Source of the DNA: Candidatus Saccharimonadota bacterium
Lineage (GTDB): Bacteria; Patescibacteriota; Saccharimonadia; Saccharimonadales; JAQGHD01
Reading direction: 5' to 3'
Length of the DNA: 56,309 nt
NCBI GenBank assembly: GCA_028288965.1
Contig: JAQGHD010000013.1
Span: 1-56,309 of the forward strand
Shown: positions 26,631 to 35,577 of the stretch, piece by piece
Layout of the letters: each line of letters opens with the position of its first letter
Position numbering within the stretch: the first letter of the stretch is position 1
The notes under the pieces: generated by a model
Database searches by the model: none
The model's input: only the letters and a program-made list of their open reading frames with translations
Told to the model about the DNA's origin: nothing
Translations under genes and position numbers: made by a program

Positions 26631-27316
26631 GCCAAGAACACCCCGAAGATTCCCGGCCAAAGCGCGAACCTGGAACATTGGAGTCTTATATCATAGGGTT
26701 CTGTTTGTCCCTACTGCTGACGGCCTTGCCGTACCGTTTAGTAGTAACCAAGGCAGTCACGGGCAATACTTTGCTGGCCACCATACTTGGGTTTGCCGCC
26801 CTGCAAATGCTCGTCCAAATATTTTTCTTCCTGCATCTAGGGCGCGGGCCAAAGCCGCTATACAACGTAGTTTTCTTTGGGTCTACAGTCGGCCTTATTG
26901 CCGTAGTGGTTGGTGGCTCCATATTTATCATGAATCATTTGCACTACAATATGACCCCCACCGAGGCCTCTAATCAACTGGCCCAAGATGAGGGAATCTA
27001 CCAGGTAGAAGGCACCAACACCGGGGCTTGCCAAAAGCTCAATGCTAAGCACCAAGTTACCATAAGCAGTGGCAAGATAAGCCCCATTGATACCAAGGCT
27101 CAGCTCTGTGACACCCTGACATTTATGAACGAGGACAGTGCGGCGCACGACATTGCGTTTGGAACCTACCCTAACCAAGACACCTACGATGGGCAGACTA
27201 AACTGATGTTAAGAAAAGGCGGAGGTATGACTATAACGCTTGACCGCTCGGGCACCTATCAGTTTTATGAGCATGATAATCCTAAAATAGCCGGCAGCTT
27301 CACGGTATCACCGTAA
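26627..27316 (+). CDS. cyoD: cytochrome ubiquinol oxidase subunit IV fused to a C-terminal extracytoplasmic cupredoxin-like domain
   Basis: The first ~110 aa are a 3-TM CyoD. About 100 extra aa (nt ~27000-27313) are paralogous to the 28424-28852 product. Confidence 0.8.
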   Translation: MSQEHPEDSRPKREPGTLESYIIGFCLSLLLTALPYRLVVTKAVTGNTLLATILGFAALQMLVQIFFFLHLGRGPKPLYNVVFFGSTVGLIAVVVGGSIFIMNHLHYNMTPTEASNQLAQDEGIYQVEGTNTGACQKLNAKHQVTISSGKISPIDTKAQLCDTLTFMNEDSAAHDIAFGTYPNQDTYDGQTKLMLRKGGGMTITLDRSGTYQFYEHDNPKIAGSFTVSP

Positions 27317-27350
27317 TGACAGGGGTGCGATCCGTGAGTATAAGCCAGTC

Positions 27351-27378
27351 TTGTAAAACTTGCCTAAAGTGGTAAAAT
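27351..27378 (+). promoter_or_regulatory. candidate promoter TTGTAA-16-TGgTAAAAT (extended -10)
   Basis: Lies between the cyoD stop and the inserted gene. It implies the true start is the ATG at 27423, not 27384. Confidence 0.45.
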
Positions 27379-27422
27379 ATTGAATGAATAGATATCGGGT
27401 CAAGCTAACGGAGGAGATCTAT

Positions 27423-28304
27423 ATGGATGTTAAGATTACTCAGGGCTTTCGAGTAGAAGACGGAACGGCAACTGTTCCTCTTGTTGAACAGTCTGATGAT
27501 GCTGTTCGTGCAGCTTTTGAAGAAGCCCGAAAAGTCGGTGAGGCCCGAGGCCTTTGGATACCTGCTAGCGCTGGTTCTTTAGTTGTAGCCGAAACAGTTG
27601 AGACTCCCAGTATGCGTGATCAACTTCTAGCTTCTGTGGAGCAGGGCGTCGGTCTCTATGGAGGTGTAATTGTCAACATCAATGCTGGCCGAAAAGTTAA
27701 AAACCAAATCCCAATTATGAAGCCTAGTGAATATCGCGAAAGAGCCGAAGATTGGCTCACCGATAGTCGTTTAGCGGCAGCCAAACTATTACCTACATCG
27801 GAGGATCGACCATTGTTGCTCATACCAAGACTAACTCGTGCTGTCACAACCGAAGCAATTGTTGATTCTTGGAAGTCATCTGCTGATGGCAAGCTATGGA
27901 CTTGGAGCGATAGAATGAAGTTTCTATCGAACTGGACAGCTGACCAGCTCAGTGGTTTCGATCCTGAACTCGAAGGTGAAGTGCCTTTTATAGTCTTGCC
28001 AACAGCCTATGACCAAGCTCGTGAAGGGACAGTTAAAAACCAACGAGATGATGTCGAAGTTCTTCAAGAAGCTTATCCAGAGCTTGATGTTGCTACTATC
28101 TTTGATGGTGCGGTGATAGCTCGTCGCTACAGCGGTGGTCGAAGAAAATGGCAAGACAGCTATGTCCGAGCCGTTAACTTGGATCCACACACGGTTGACG
28201 GTTTCGACGTTGTGCCGCGCGCCCGCGTGTACGATGATAATCACGCCGATATCGACGGCTCTGCCGTCGGCGTTAGCGATGCTGCTCGTCTGCGGCTGAA
28301 GTAA
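27423..28304 (+). CDS. hypothetical protein (293 aa from the SD-supported start)
   Basis: GGAGGAG at 27410-27416, 6 nt before the ATG at 27423. No recognisable domain. Confidence 0.6.
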   Translation: MDVKITQGFRVEDGTATVPLVEQSDDAVRAAFEEARKVGEARGLWIPASAGSLVVAETVETPSMRDQLLASVEQGVGLYGGVIVNINAGRKVKNQIPIMKPSEYRERAEDWLTDSRLAAAKLLPTSEDRPLLLIPRLTRAVTTEAIVDSWKSSADGKLWTWSDRMKFLSNWTADQLSGFDPELEGEVPFIVLPTAYDQAREGTVKNQRDDVEVLQEAYPELDVATIFDGAVIARRYSGGRRKWQDSYVRAVNLDPHTVDGFDVVPRARVYDDNHADIDGSAVGVSDAARLRLK

Positions 28305-28423
28305 CACTTTTTCCTTTTTCGAATCCTAACGACTGATATAAAAATAACGAAGAAAATAGATCTGTAGGGTAGTTAGGGATGAGGGATTCGAAAGCCTCAA
28401 TCCTGGGACTAACACTCAGTAGC

Positions 28424-28852
28424 TTAACGCTTGGTTACGCTAAAAGTGCCTTGTACCTCGTCGTGCTCATGATCATGAAAACGGAAGTTGCCGGTTTGAA
28501 CCAGGGTGACGGACAGGCTTTGGTTTTGCCTTAAGATTTTTTCGGTTACGCCGTCGTATGGGGTGTGGTTTTCGTGTAGTCCAAAGGCCATCGCGCGGAC
28601 TGTAGAGTCTTGGTTTACGATAATCAGCGTATCGCACTGTTTGGCGTCAATATGATTGGGCGTAACAACGTCATTCTTTACGGTGGCAGTATAAGTAGCC
28701 CCGGTCTGATTGTTGCAGCTGCCACGAGCCACAGTATCGCTAGTAAGTTGCTTGTGGGCTACGGCGTGCACTCCAAACGCTACCGCCACCACCAGAATTA
28801 CAAAACCAGCGCCGAGAGCAGCGTAGTTTAAAAGCTTTTTTGTTTTGGCCAT
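28424..28852 (-). CDS. membrane-anchored cupredoxin-like protein (Cys pair, His-rich C-terminus)
   Basis: N-terminal TM anchor. Conserved C...CDTL, N-x-DS, AFG, YDG and F-x-F-H-D-H-E-H-D..G-T-F-S-V. Paralogue of the CyoD C-terminal extension. Confidence 0.7.
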   Translation of the reverse strand: MAKTKKLLNYAALGAGFVILVVAVAFGVHAVAHKQLTSDTVARGSCNNQTGATYTATVKNDVVTPNHIDAKQCDTLIIVNQDSTVRAMAFGLHENHTPYDGVTEKILRQNQSLSVTLVQTGNFRFHDHEHDEVQGTFSVTKR

Positions 28853-28930
28853 CGCTTAGACATTTTAGCATATGCACCCGAGAGCCAGACCAGGGGGCTG
28901 GATTAGCATAAATATGATAGGCTAGTAATA

Positions 28931-29833
28931 ATGTCCACCAGTACTTCCGTAGCCAAGACGCCTTTTTACGCCCAGCTGTCACTGGCTAAGACCTATTACG
29001 CCCTCACCAAGCCCGGTATTATTTATGGCAACTTGCTAACGGCCACGGCCGGATTTTTGTTGGCGTCAGCTCACGGCGTGCAATTTGGTTTGCTGCTGGC
29101 TACTCTAGCGGGCACGGCGTTGGTCATTGCTGCCGGCTGCGTGACCAACAACTTTACCGATAGGGAACTAGACAAAAAAATGAAACGCACCAGTGAGCGG
29201 GCCTTGGTGCTCAAAACCATCTCCGCTACCAGCGCCTTGATTTATGCTGGCGTCTTGGGCATAGCGGGCCTTACTATCCTGGCGCTCCTAACCAACTGGT
29301 TGGTGGTGCTGATTGGCCTGATTGGATTTATAGATTACGTGGTGTTTTACGCGCTAGCCAAACGTACGAGTGAACACGGCACCTTAGTGGGCAGCATTTC
29401 CGGAGCCACACCCATACTGGCGGGTTATGTCGCAGCCAGTGGTCGTCTTGATGTGGGCGCCTGGCTGGTATTTTTGATCCTGGCTGCCTGGCAGATGCCG
29501 CACTTTTACAGCATTGCCATGTACCGTCGTGACGAATACAAAGCCGCAGGCGTGCCGGTGCTCAGCGTGGTTAAAGGTATGCAAGTAGCCAAAAACCAAA
29601 CCCTGCTTTACATAGTGGTCTTTACTGTGGCCGCCAGCTTGTTAACGGTGTATGGCTATACTGGCTACCTGTACTTAACTGTTGTCTTGGCCCTTGGCGT
29701 GTATTGGCTGGCAAAGGGCCTCAAAACCTATAGTACCAATCCAGCCAAATGGGGTAGACAGATGTTTCTGTTCAGCTTGGTTGTGCTACTAGTCACTTGT
29801 GTGATGCTTTCAGTCGGTAGCCGGCTGCCCTAA
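28931..29833 (+). CDS. cyoE: protoheme IX farnesyltransferase (heme O synthase)
   Basis: UbiA-family motifs (NNFTDRELDKKMKRT; YSIAMYRRDEYKAAGVP). About 9 TM spans. Confidence 0.9.
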   Translation: MSTSTSVAKTPFYAQLSLAKTYYALTKPGIIYGNLLTATAGFLLASAHGVQFGLLLATLAGTALVIAAGCVTNNFTDRELDKKMKRTSERALVLKTISATSALIYAGVLGIAGLTILALLTNWLVVLIGLIGFIDYVVFYALAKRTSEHGTLVGSISGATPILAGYVAASGRLDVGAWLVFLILAAWQMPHFYSIAMYRRDEYKAAGVPVLSVVKGMQVAKNQTLLYIVVFTVAASLLTVYGYTGYLYLTVVLALGVYWLAKGLKTYSTNPAKWGRQMFLFSLVVLLVTCVMLSVGSRLP

Positions 29834-30655
29834 ATCGTTAAACTCAGTGAAGCGGTAAAGATAATACGGTAAAACACCGTAAGTGTATTTTTGAAAGCTG
29901 ACTTCAAGTAATTGATAAAAGTCATCTAAGTCCTCGATATAGTGCTGAACAATGGCCCGCTTCTCGGCTTCGGTTAAATCGTGGGCTTCTTTTTCATGAT
30001 CTTCGCGCTGGCCATAGATATTTTTGAACGTTCCCTCAGCCATGAGATCGTTCGCTAAATACTGTGCCAAAAATTCTTTGTAGGTTCCGTTGGCCAAACG
30101 GAAATCTCTGTACCGGTGCTTTAGCGTTGTGTTGCCCACCAGTTGGCGACGGTCAGCCTCAAGTTCTAATACCTCAAGAGCGTTGCCCACCTCTAAATCA
30201 GTAGCGCCAGCTTCAGTAAGTTTGTCGGCCACATATCGCTTGTAGGCTCTTATTAACGTATTGGGGTATTCTTCGTCATCTTCCGTTAACGAGTCGGCCC
30301 AGTAACTAAAATGCTCCAGCATTTCCGAATCCGGCTCCGTGGCAGCATCAACCTTTTGAGATTCAAGATATTCGCCAAAACAGACAGAACCGGACAGGGG
30401 GCATTTGTACTCGGGCGTGCTGATGCTACAGGTGTCTACGTTGTCATGTAAAACAGTAGCCAATTCTGGCAGACCATCTATCCCCACATCATAAATCAGA
30501 GCATCAATGTAGTCTTGGGGTTGTTGCCAATCATCTGTCCACCAATAATAAACACCGAGCATTTCTAGTACTTTTTCAAACGTAATGTCCTCTTCGCCAA
30601 GTACTCGCTCAACAATAAAAGTCGTATCCTCGCGCTCCGGGTCTTCTTGCTCCAT
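29810..30655 (-). CDS. hypothetical, strongly acidic 281-aa protein
   Basis: Long ORF rich in Asp/Glu. Its 3' end overlaps the cyoE 3' end by 24 nt (convergent). Confidence 0.55.
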   Translation of the reverse strand: MEQEDPEREDTTFIVERVLGEEDITFEKVLEMLGVYYWWTDDWQQPQDYIDALIYDVGIDGLPELATVLHDNVDTCSISTPEYKCPLSGSVCFGEYLESQKVDAATEPDSEMLEHFSYWADSLTEDDEEYPNTLIRAYKRYVADKLTEAGATDLEVGNALEVLELEADRRQLVGNTTLKHRYRDFRLANGTYKEFLAQYLANDLMAEGTFKNIYGQREDHEKEAHDLTEAEKRAIVQHYIEDLDDFYQLLEVSFQKYTYGVLPYYLYRFTEFNDLGQPATD

Positions 30656-30699
30656 GCGTCAAGAATACGACTATACCGTTGCATATCAAAGCACAATCG

Positions 30700-30996
30700 C
30701 TACATAGGGAGGGCTTCGTAGACACAGACGGCGCCGTCTTTGCCGGTAACTAATGGGCAACCTTGGGCAATCTCGAGAGCGGTTTTCATGCTGTCAGCTT
30801 TGACGATGGAATAACCTGTCACTGGTTGTTCACGAACATCCATGACACCTTCAGCACTAACAGCTTGGCCTCCGTCGTTAAACGGATTGCCTGGATCTAT
30901 CAACTTATCGCCAAGTTTTTCAAACCAGGCTCCCCACGCTTCATTGCTGCCACCATCGCTCTTACCGGCGTAGTATAAAAATACGTACTTTCCCAT
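30700..30996 (-). CDS. YciI-like / DGPF-domain small protein
   Basis: YVFLYY...GGS...W..W...L pattern and ~98-aa size. Confidence 0.45.
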   Translation of the reverse strand: MGKYVFLYYAGKSDGGSNEAWGAWFEKLGDKLIDPGNPFNDGGQAVSAEGVMDVREQPVTGYSIVKADSMKTALEIAQGCPLVTGKDGAVCVYEALPM

Positions 30997-31059
30997 TGTT
31001 TTTACTCCTTTTGACCCGCTAGGGGGATCATTAATAAGACCTTTTACACTATTCCAGAA

Positions 31060-31395
31060 TCATTCGCGCATCCTGGAAATATAATTTTCTAAGCTGGCGC
31101 TAGTACTAGAGAAACGCGTGTTGTACTGGCCAATCCAATCTTTGGCCAATTGTAGCGTTTTAGAATTAAGTGCCACAAAGTTAGTTCGGCCGACTTTTTT
31201 GCGAACGATCAGCTGGGCTTTTTCTAAGATACGGATATGTTTATGGATGGCCGGAAGCGACAGAGAATGATCTTTAGCCAACTGGCTAACTGTTGCTGGC
31301 TGGAGTGATAAATAGTGCACAATACCGCGACGCTTTTGGTTGGCTAGCGCCTCGAGAATCATATCAAGCTGGGGAGAGTCGTAAGGTGTTATCAT
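31060..31395 (-). CDS. ArsR/SmtB family transcriptional regulator
   Basis: Winged HTH: ALANQKRRGIVHYLSLQPATVSQLAKDHSLSLPAIHKHIRILEKAQLI. Confidence 0.8.
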   Translation of the reverse strand: MITPYDSPQLDMILEALANQKRRGIVHYLSLQPATVSQLAKDHSLSLPAIHKHIRILEKAQLIVRKKVGRTNFVALNSKTLQLAKDWIGQYNTRFSSTSASLENYISRMRE

Positions 31396-31475
31396 AAAAG
31401 TTAACCTAGTGGTTAACTATGAATGACAGCCAGCGGCTTGTCAATGATTAATTGGCCAAAATATTCGTCAAGTGC

Positions 31476-32732
31476 TTAGTGAGCGAGTATAAGACTGCCC
31501 AGGCCCAAAAAGGCTAGGAAGCCAAGGACGTCGGTGGCTGTGGTAATGAAAATCGTGGCCGAGGCGGCTGGATCTTTACCGAGTTTTTGCATTATCAGGG
31601 GCACCATGGTGCCAAATATGGCGGCCACACACAAGTTAATCACCATGGCCATGGCCAGGACTATGGCTACCCGGAAGTCGTGATTAAAGGCAATAACGAT
31701 ACTAGCCACAATGACACCATTAATGAGTCCGTTAATTAGCCCCGCGCCAAGCTCGTTTTTACAAACAGCAAAGGCGGTTTTAAAATCCACTTGCTTTAAG
31801 GCGATACCGCGAACCATCACAGCTAGAGTTTGGGTTGCCGCATTGCCACCCATGCCAGCCACAATTGGCATGTACACGGCCAGTAGTACGTATTTAGAAA
31901 TGGTGTCTCTAAAAAGTCCCACAGTAAAGGCCGCCAAAAAAGCGGTACCAAGGTTAATAATCAGCCAGCGGTAGCGATGTTTGACCTTGCGCCGGGTAGA
32001 GTCGGACACACCCTCTTCGTCGGAGATACCGGCAAAGTCATACAGGCTAGAAGCTTCGTGATCTTGCATCAGTTGCAGCACGTCATCCGAATAAATAATG
32101 CCAGCCACAGTGCCGTCATCGTTTAATACGGCTACTTTGTTGTGGGGATGTGAGCGAAAAATATCGAGCACGGCGTCGTGATCGGCAGCCGAGGAAATAG
32201 TCGGTAATCTTTTAACAAAGGGCGTAATTTTGGTGGTTTTGGCCGTAAAGCCCAACTCGTGCCCAGGCAAAAAGCCAGCCAGCTTTCCTTCTTTTAAGGC
32301 TAAAATCACCGGCAACCGCCCGGTTTTACGTTCATGCGATTTAAATTTTGTGGACACCGCCTCAATAGTGTCGTCACTATCTACCTGGATATAGTCGAGG
32401 TTCATGAGTCCAGCAGCGGTGTTCGGATCAAATTGTAATAGCTGCGAAACGGCTTCCTTAAGTTCTTCACTTAGGTGAAGCAAAATCCGCTCGCTCTTGC
32501 GTTTACTAAAGAGCTGTAATAGGTCGGTCGCTTCGTCTGGATCAACCTTGCTTAAAAGTTCGACGACTTCATCGTCCTCCAAATGCAGCAGTAAATCTTT
32601 TTTGATGTGCGGTGTCAGCCAGTGCAGTAGCTCAGTCTTTTTATGCTCGGACTGCTCACGGAAAAGTTCCACGCGCTGATCCGGGTGAAAAGAAATTTGA
32701 TTTATAAGTTTTGTGAGTTTTCTATTTGGCAT
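31476..32732 (-). CDS. mgtE: magnesium transporter MgtE
   Basis: MgtE N-domain, CBS pair, and a C-terminal 5-TM domain with the GMGGNAATQ motif. Confidence 0.9.
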   Translation of the reverse strand: MPNRKLTKLINQISFHPDQRVELFREQSEHKKTELLHWLTPHIKKDLLLHLEDDEVVELLSKVDPDEATDLLQLFSKRKSERILLHLSEELKEAVSQLLQFDPNTAAGLMNLDYIQVDSDDTIEAVSTKFKSHERKTGRLPVILALKEGKLAGFLPGHELGFTAKTTKITPFVKRLPTISSAADHDAVLDIFRSHPHNKVAVLNDDGTVAGIIYSDDVLQLMQDHEASSLYDFAGISDEEGVSDSTRRKVKHRYRWLIINLGTAFLAAFTVGLFRDTISKYVLLAVYMPIVAGMGGNAATQTLAVMVRGIALKQVDFKTAFAVCKNELGAGLINGLINGVIVASIVIAFNHDFRVAIVLAMAMVINLCVAAIFGTMVPLIMQKLGKDPAASATIFITTATDVLGFLAFLGLGSLILAH

Positions 32733-32846
32733 GGCTTTGTTAGGTGTTAATGGTTACTTAAAGTGTAGCATAGGCTAGATTTGGCACACCAAGACTCAAA
32801 AAAGTTTAAGGTTGCAACTAAGAGAATTTGTTACATACTGTAGATA

Positions 32847-34580
32847 ATGACTGTTGAAGATGATCCCCTCGCGGGCAACTATGACCCGCAATTATTTAAA
32901 GCGTTTGAAGAAGAACTACAGCCCGGCAGTTTAGGCACAGCTGAAGCTGCAGCTCATGACCCGGGGCTATCGGACCAACGAGAAACAGCCGCAGACGTAG
33001 AAATGTCCAAACCGCCTCACCGGTGGCGTAAATTCTTAGGCCGCTGCGCCCTGATCGGGTTGGTCAGTGTCCCAGGTGTAGCCGTTGGCAATATGATTAA
33101 TCCGGCCAACACTGTTATTGGTCCTCAAAAAGCCAAGGTAAGCCTAACGACGGATGCCACCAGGACGGTGGATTTTGGCGTGTTTGATACGATTACCTGG
33201 CCAACAAATTGGGCGGGCTTGGGCGTAAAAATAGATGTCAAAGGCTTAAAGCACAATCATCTTGACGATACCAGCTCAAACAAAATTATTTCTAACAAAA
33301 CCGTGCAAGCTTATACCAACTTTATAGACGATGTCTCCCAAAAAGATCGACGCAGAATAGAAATTGATCTGTTAAAGCATGGCGGTAAATGGGCGGTGGG
33401 TTTAGACTCATTACTGCTATTTGGTTTCTGGCTGCCTGGAGTAGAGCGGCGGCGCAAATTTTACAATCATCTGCACCTTGACTCTAAAGTGGCTCGGACT
33501 GTCATAGCAGCCAGCATTGTGGCCACTTCAGCTGTGGGTGTAACCACTAGCGCTGGTTCAGCCAGCCCAGAAAAAAGCAATGTCAACCATGCGTTTGATG
33601 CCACGCCGTTGTCTGGCGCAACCATTCACGGAGAACTTCTGAATGCCCTGGTGAATAAGTATGCGCCCAAGGTTATAGAATATTTTAAAGACAATGATAG
33701 GTTCTTTAAACGTGCTCAAGAAAATCTAAAAAATATGTTTGCCAGCGCCAATTTGCTTGAGCCTAGTGATACTACTCAGCTGGCGCTGGTGGTTGAAGGC
33801 TTAAAGTGCAATACTGGTATGACTAAAATAATTGAAAAAGTAATTGGGCAGTATAAGCCGGCAGCCTATTGGAATGCCGGTGATGGGGTGGTAAATATTC
33901 CCGGGCTCGATGAGGCCTGCATCAAGAGTGAAGCTCAGCACACACCTCATGTTGATAGAGTCTTTGCGCCTGGCGATCACGACGCTAAGGATGCCCAAGC
34001 CACCTATGCTTCGCATGGCTTTAGCGTGTTGCAAGGCAAAGTGATAGAGAAAAATGGTCTGAGGATCTTGGGCGATAGTGACCCACGTATGAGCGTATTT
34101 GGAAATGAAGTGCTCTTGTCTCAAGATCCAGTGCCCACTCGCAAAGAGACGGTAACTGAGATGGGGCAGCGATTGGCGCGCCTGGCCTGTAAGGACCCTA
34201 AGGGCGTAGACGTGGCCCTAGTCAATGAACCGCATGCCGCTCTTGAGTTAGTTAAAAGCGGCTGCGTAAAATTAGCAATTGCCGGCACGGCGGGGCAACA
34301 CATTATCTCTTCAGAGTCACAGCCAAAACAACCAGGAGCTCCCTACGTTTTTGTGGCGAGTGCTAGTGGCGCTGTCCAAGATAAACTTACGATTGGCAAA
34401 CCAGAAACCACGGCCGAAATGATGGTAATTGAATTTGATAAAAAAACACACCGGCCGCTTCGCTACCAAAGTATTCGAGTTTTGCCTAATGCCTCAGTCA
34501 TTATTGACGAGCCTGCCTGGTTGACCACGCCAGCAGCCACAAATGATAACCTGATTGTCCGCCGCCGGCGGGCCATCTGA
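32847..34580 (+). CDS. membrane-anchored protein with degenerate metallophosphoesterase-like motifs
   Basis: TM span near aa 65-85. NAGDGVVN, APGDHD, ILGDSDP and AGTAGQH resemble MPE motifs II-V. Motif I is not canonical. Confidence 0.4.
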   Translation: MTVEDDPLAGNYDPQLFKAFEEELQPGSLGTAEAAAHDPGLSDQRETAADVEMSKPPHRWRKFLGRCALIGLVSVPGVAVGNMINPANTVIGPQKAKVSLTTDATRTVDFGVFDTITWPTNWAGLGVKIDVKGLKHNHLDDTSSNKIISNKTVQAYTNFIDDVSQKDRRRIEIDLLKHGGKWAVGLDSLLLFGFWLPGVERRRKFYNHLHLDSKVARTVIAASIVATSAVGVTTSAGSASPEKSNVNHAFDATPLSGATIHGELLNALVNKYAPKVIEYFKDNDRFFKRAQENLKNMFASANLLEPSDTTQLALVVEGLKCNTGMTKIIEKVIGQYKPAAYWNAGDGVVNIPGLDEACIKSEAQHTPHVDRVFAPGDHDAKDAQATYASHGFSVLQGKVIEKNGLRILGDSDPRMSVFGNEVLLSQDPVPTRKETVTEMGQRLARLACKDPKGVDVALVNEPHAALELVKSGCVKLAIAGTAGQHIISSESQPKQPGAPYVFVASASGAVQDKLTIGKPETTAEMMVIEFDKKTHRPLRYQSIRVLPNASVIIDEPAWLTTPAATNDNLIVRRRRAI

Positions 34581-34594
34581 TACTATAGCTTCAG

Positions 34595-35488
34595 ATGAAA
34601 TTGTATAAATCTCCATGGCAAATAGTTGGGGCACTGGGCGCGCTGGTGTGCTTAGTAATTTTTATTCGCCACCCAAGTTTTCCAACGCCCGATAAACTGC
34701 TGATCTTTATGACGTTTGTTGCCATGATGTTTAATCAGGCACAAGAGGCTTTAAAGCGTTTGGTGCCGTTCGTGGGGTTGTTGGTCGTATATGAATCGTT
34801 TCGGGGACTGAGCGCGCACTTGAATAGTCACGTGCATTTTACGTTTATGGCTAATTTTGACAAAGTGATCGGTTTTGGCCAGCTGCCAACAGTGCGGCTG
34901 CAGCAGTGGCTGTGGCAGGGCCACGTTCAGTGGTATGATTTTTTGTTTTACATCATCTACATGCTGCACTTCGTCTTGCCGCTGGCCCTCGCTATTGTGG
35001 TTTGGAAAAAGCGAGACAAATTATACTGGCGCTACATGACTACGTTTATTGTGCTGTCGTTTGGAGGCTTTTTAACATACGTGCTCTACCCGGCGGCTCC
35101 GCCGTGGATGGCCAGCGACCAGGACTTTATTCACCCCATCGCGCATATCTCGGGATATGTCTGGGGAGCCTTGGGAATTCAAGATTTTCCGTCGGTCTAT
35201 AACAAAATTTCACCCAACTTAGTGGCCGCCGTGCCATCGTTGCATGCTGCTTATGCCACACTCATCGCCATATTTGTAATCAAGTGGTTCAATAATCGTT
35301 ACCGCTGGCTGGTGCTGATCTATCCATTTTTAATGTACCTAGGCACCATTTATATGGGTGAGCATTATTTATTTGATGCCCTATTGGGTAGCCTGTATGC
35401 CGCCGCAGCCTACCTGGTATCTCCCTGGATACTTAAACAAGTTGAGCAGGGCGGGCGGCGCTTAAAGCAGTGGGTGGCCGCCAAGTAG
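34595..35488 (+). CDS. PAP2_3 (inositolphosphorylceramide-synthase-like) membrane phosphatase/transferase
   Basis: PSLHAAYA and GEHYLFD motifs. Polytopic. Confidence 0.7.
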   Translation: MKLYKSPWQIVGALGALVCLVIFIRHPSFPTPDKLLIFMTFVAMMFNQAQEALKRLVPFVGLLVVYESFRGLSAHLNSHVHFTFMANFDKVIGFGQLPTVRLQQWLWQGHVQWYDFLFYIIYMLHFVLPLALAIVVWKKRDKLYWRYMTTFIVLSFGGFLTYVLYPAAPPWMASDQDFIHPIAHISGYVWGALGIQDFPSVYNKISPNLVAAVPSLHAAYATLIAIFVIKWFNNRYRWLVLIYPFLMYLGTIYMGEHYLFDALLGSLYAAAAYLVSPWILKQVEQGGRRLKQWVAAK

Positions 35489-35577
35489 CTAGCCGTTGCA
35501 AAGCGGCCAGCATCTTGATACTGTGGCAGATCAGCTCCGTACATTAGGCGACGAAGATCACACGCAGTAGCCTCATT

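Noticed and set aside
28372-28400. T-arm-like GGGATGAGGGATTCGAAAGCCTC downstream of the inserted ORF in the cyo locus
   Set aside because: No acceptor, anticodon or D-arm can be built on either strand. At best it is a degenerate scar or a weak 4-bp hairpin.
32733-32846. Possible Mg2+ (M-box) riboswitch upstream of mgtE
   Set aside because: The intergenic region is only 114 nt and lacks the extended conserved M-box helices I recall. Not supported.
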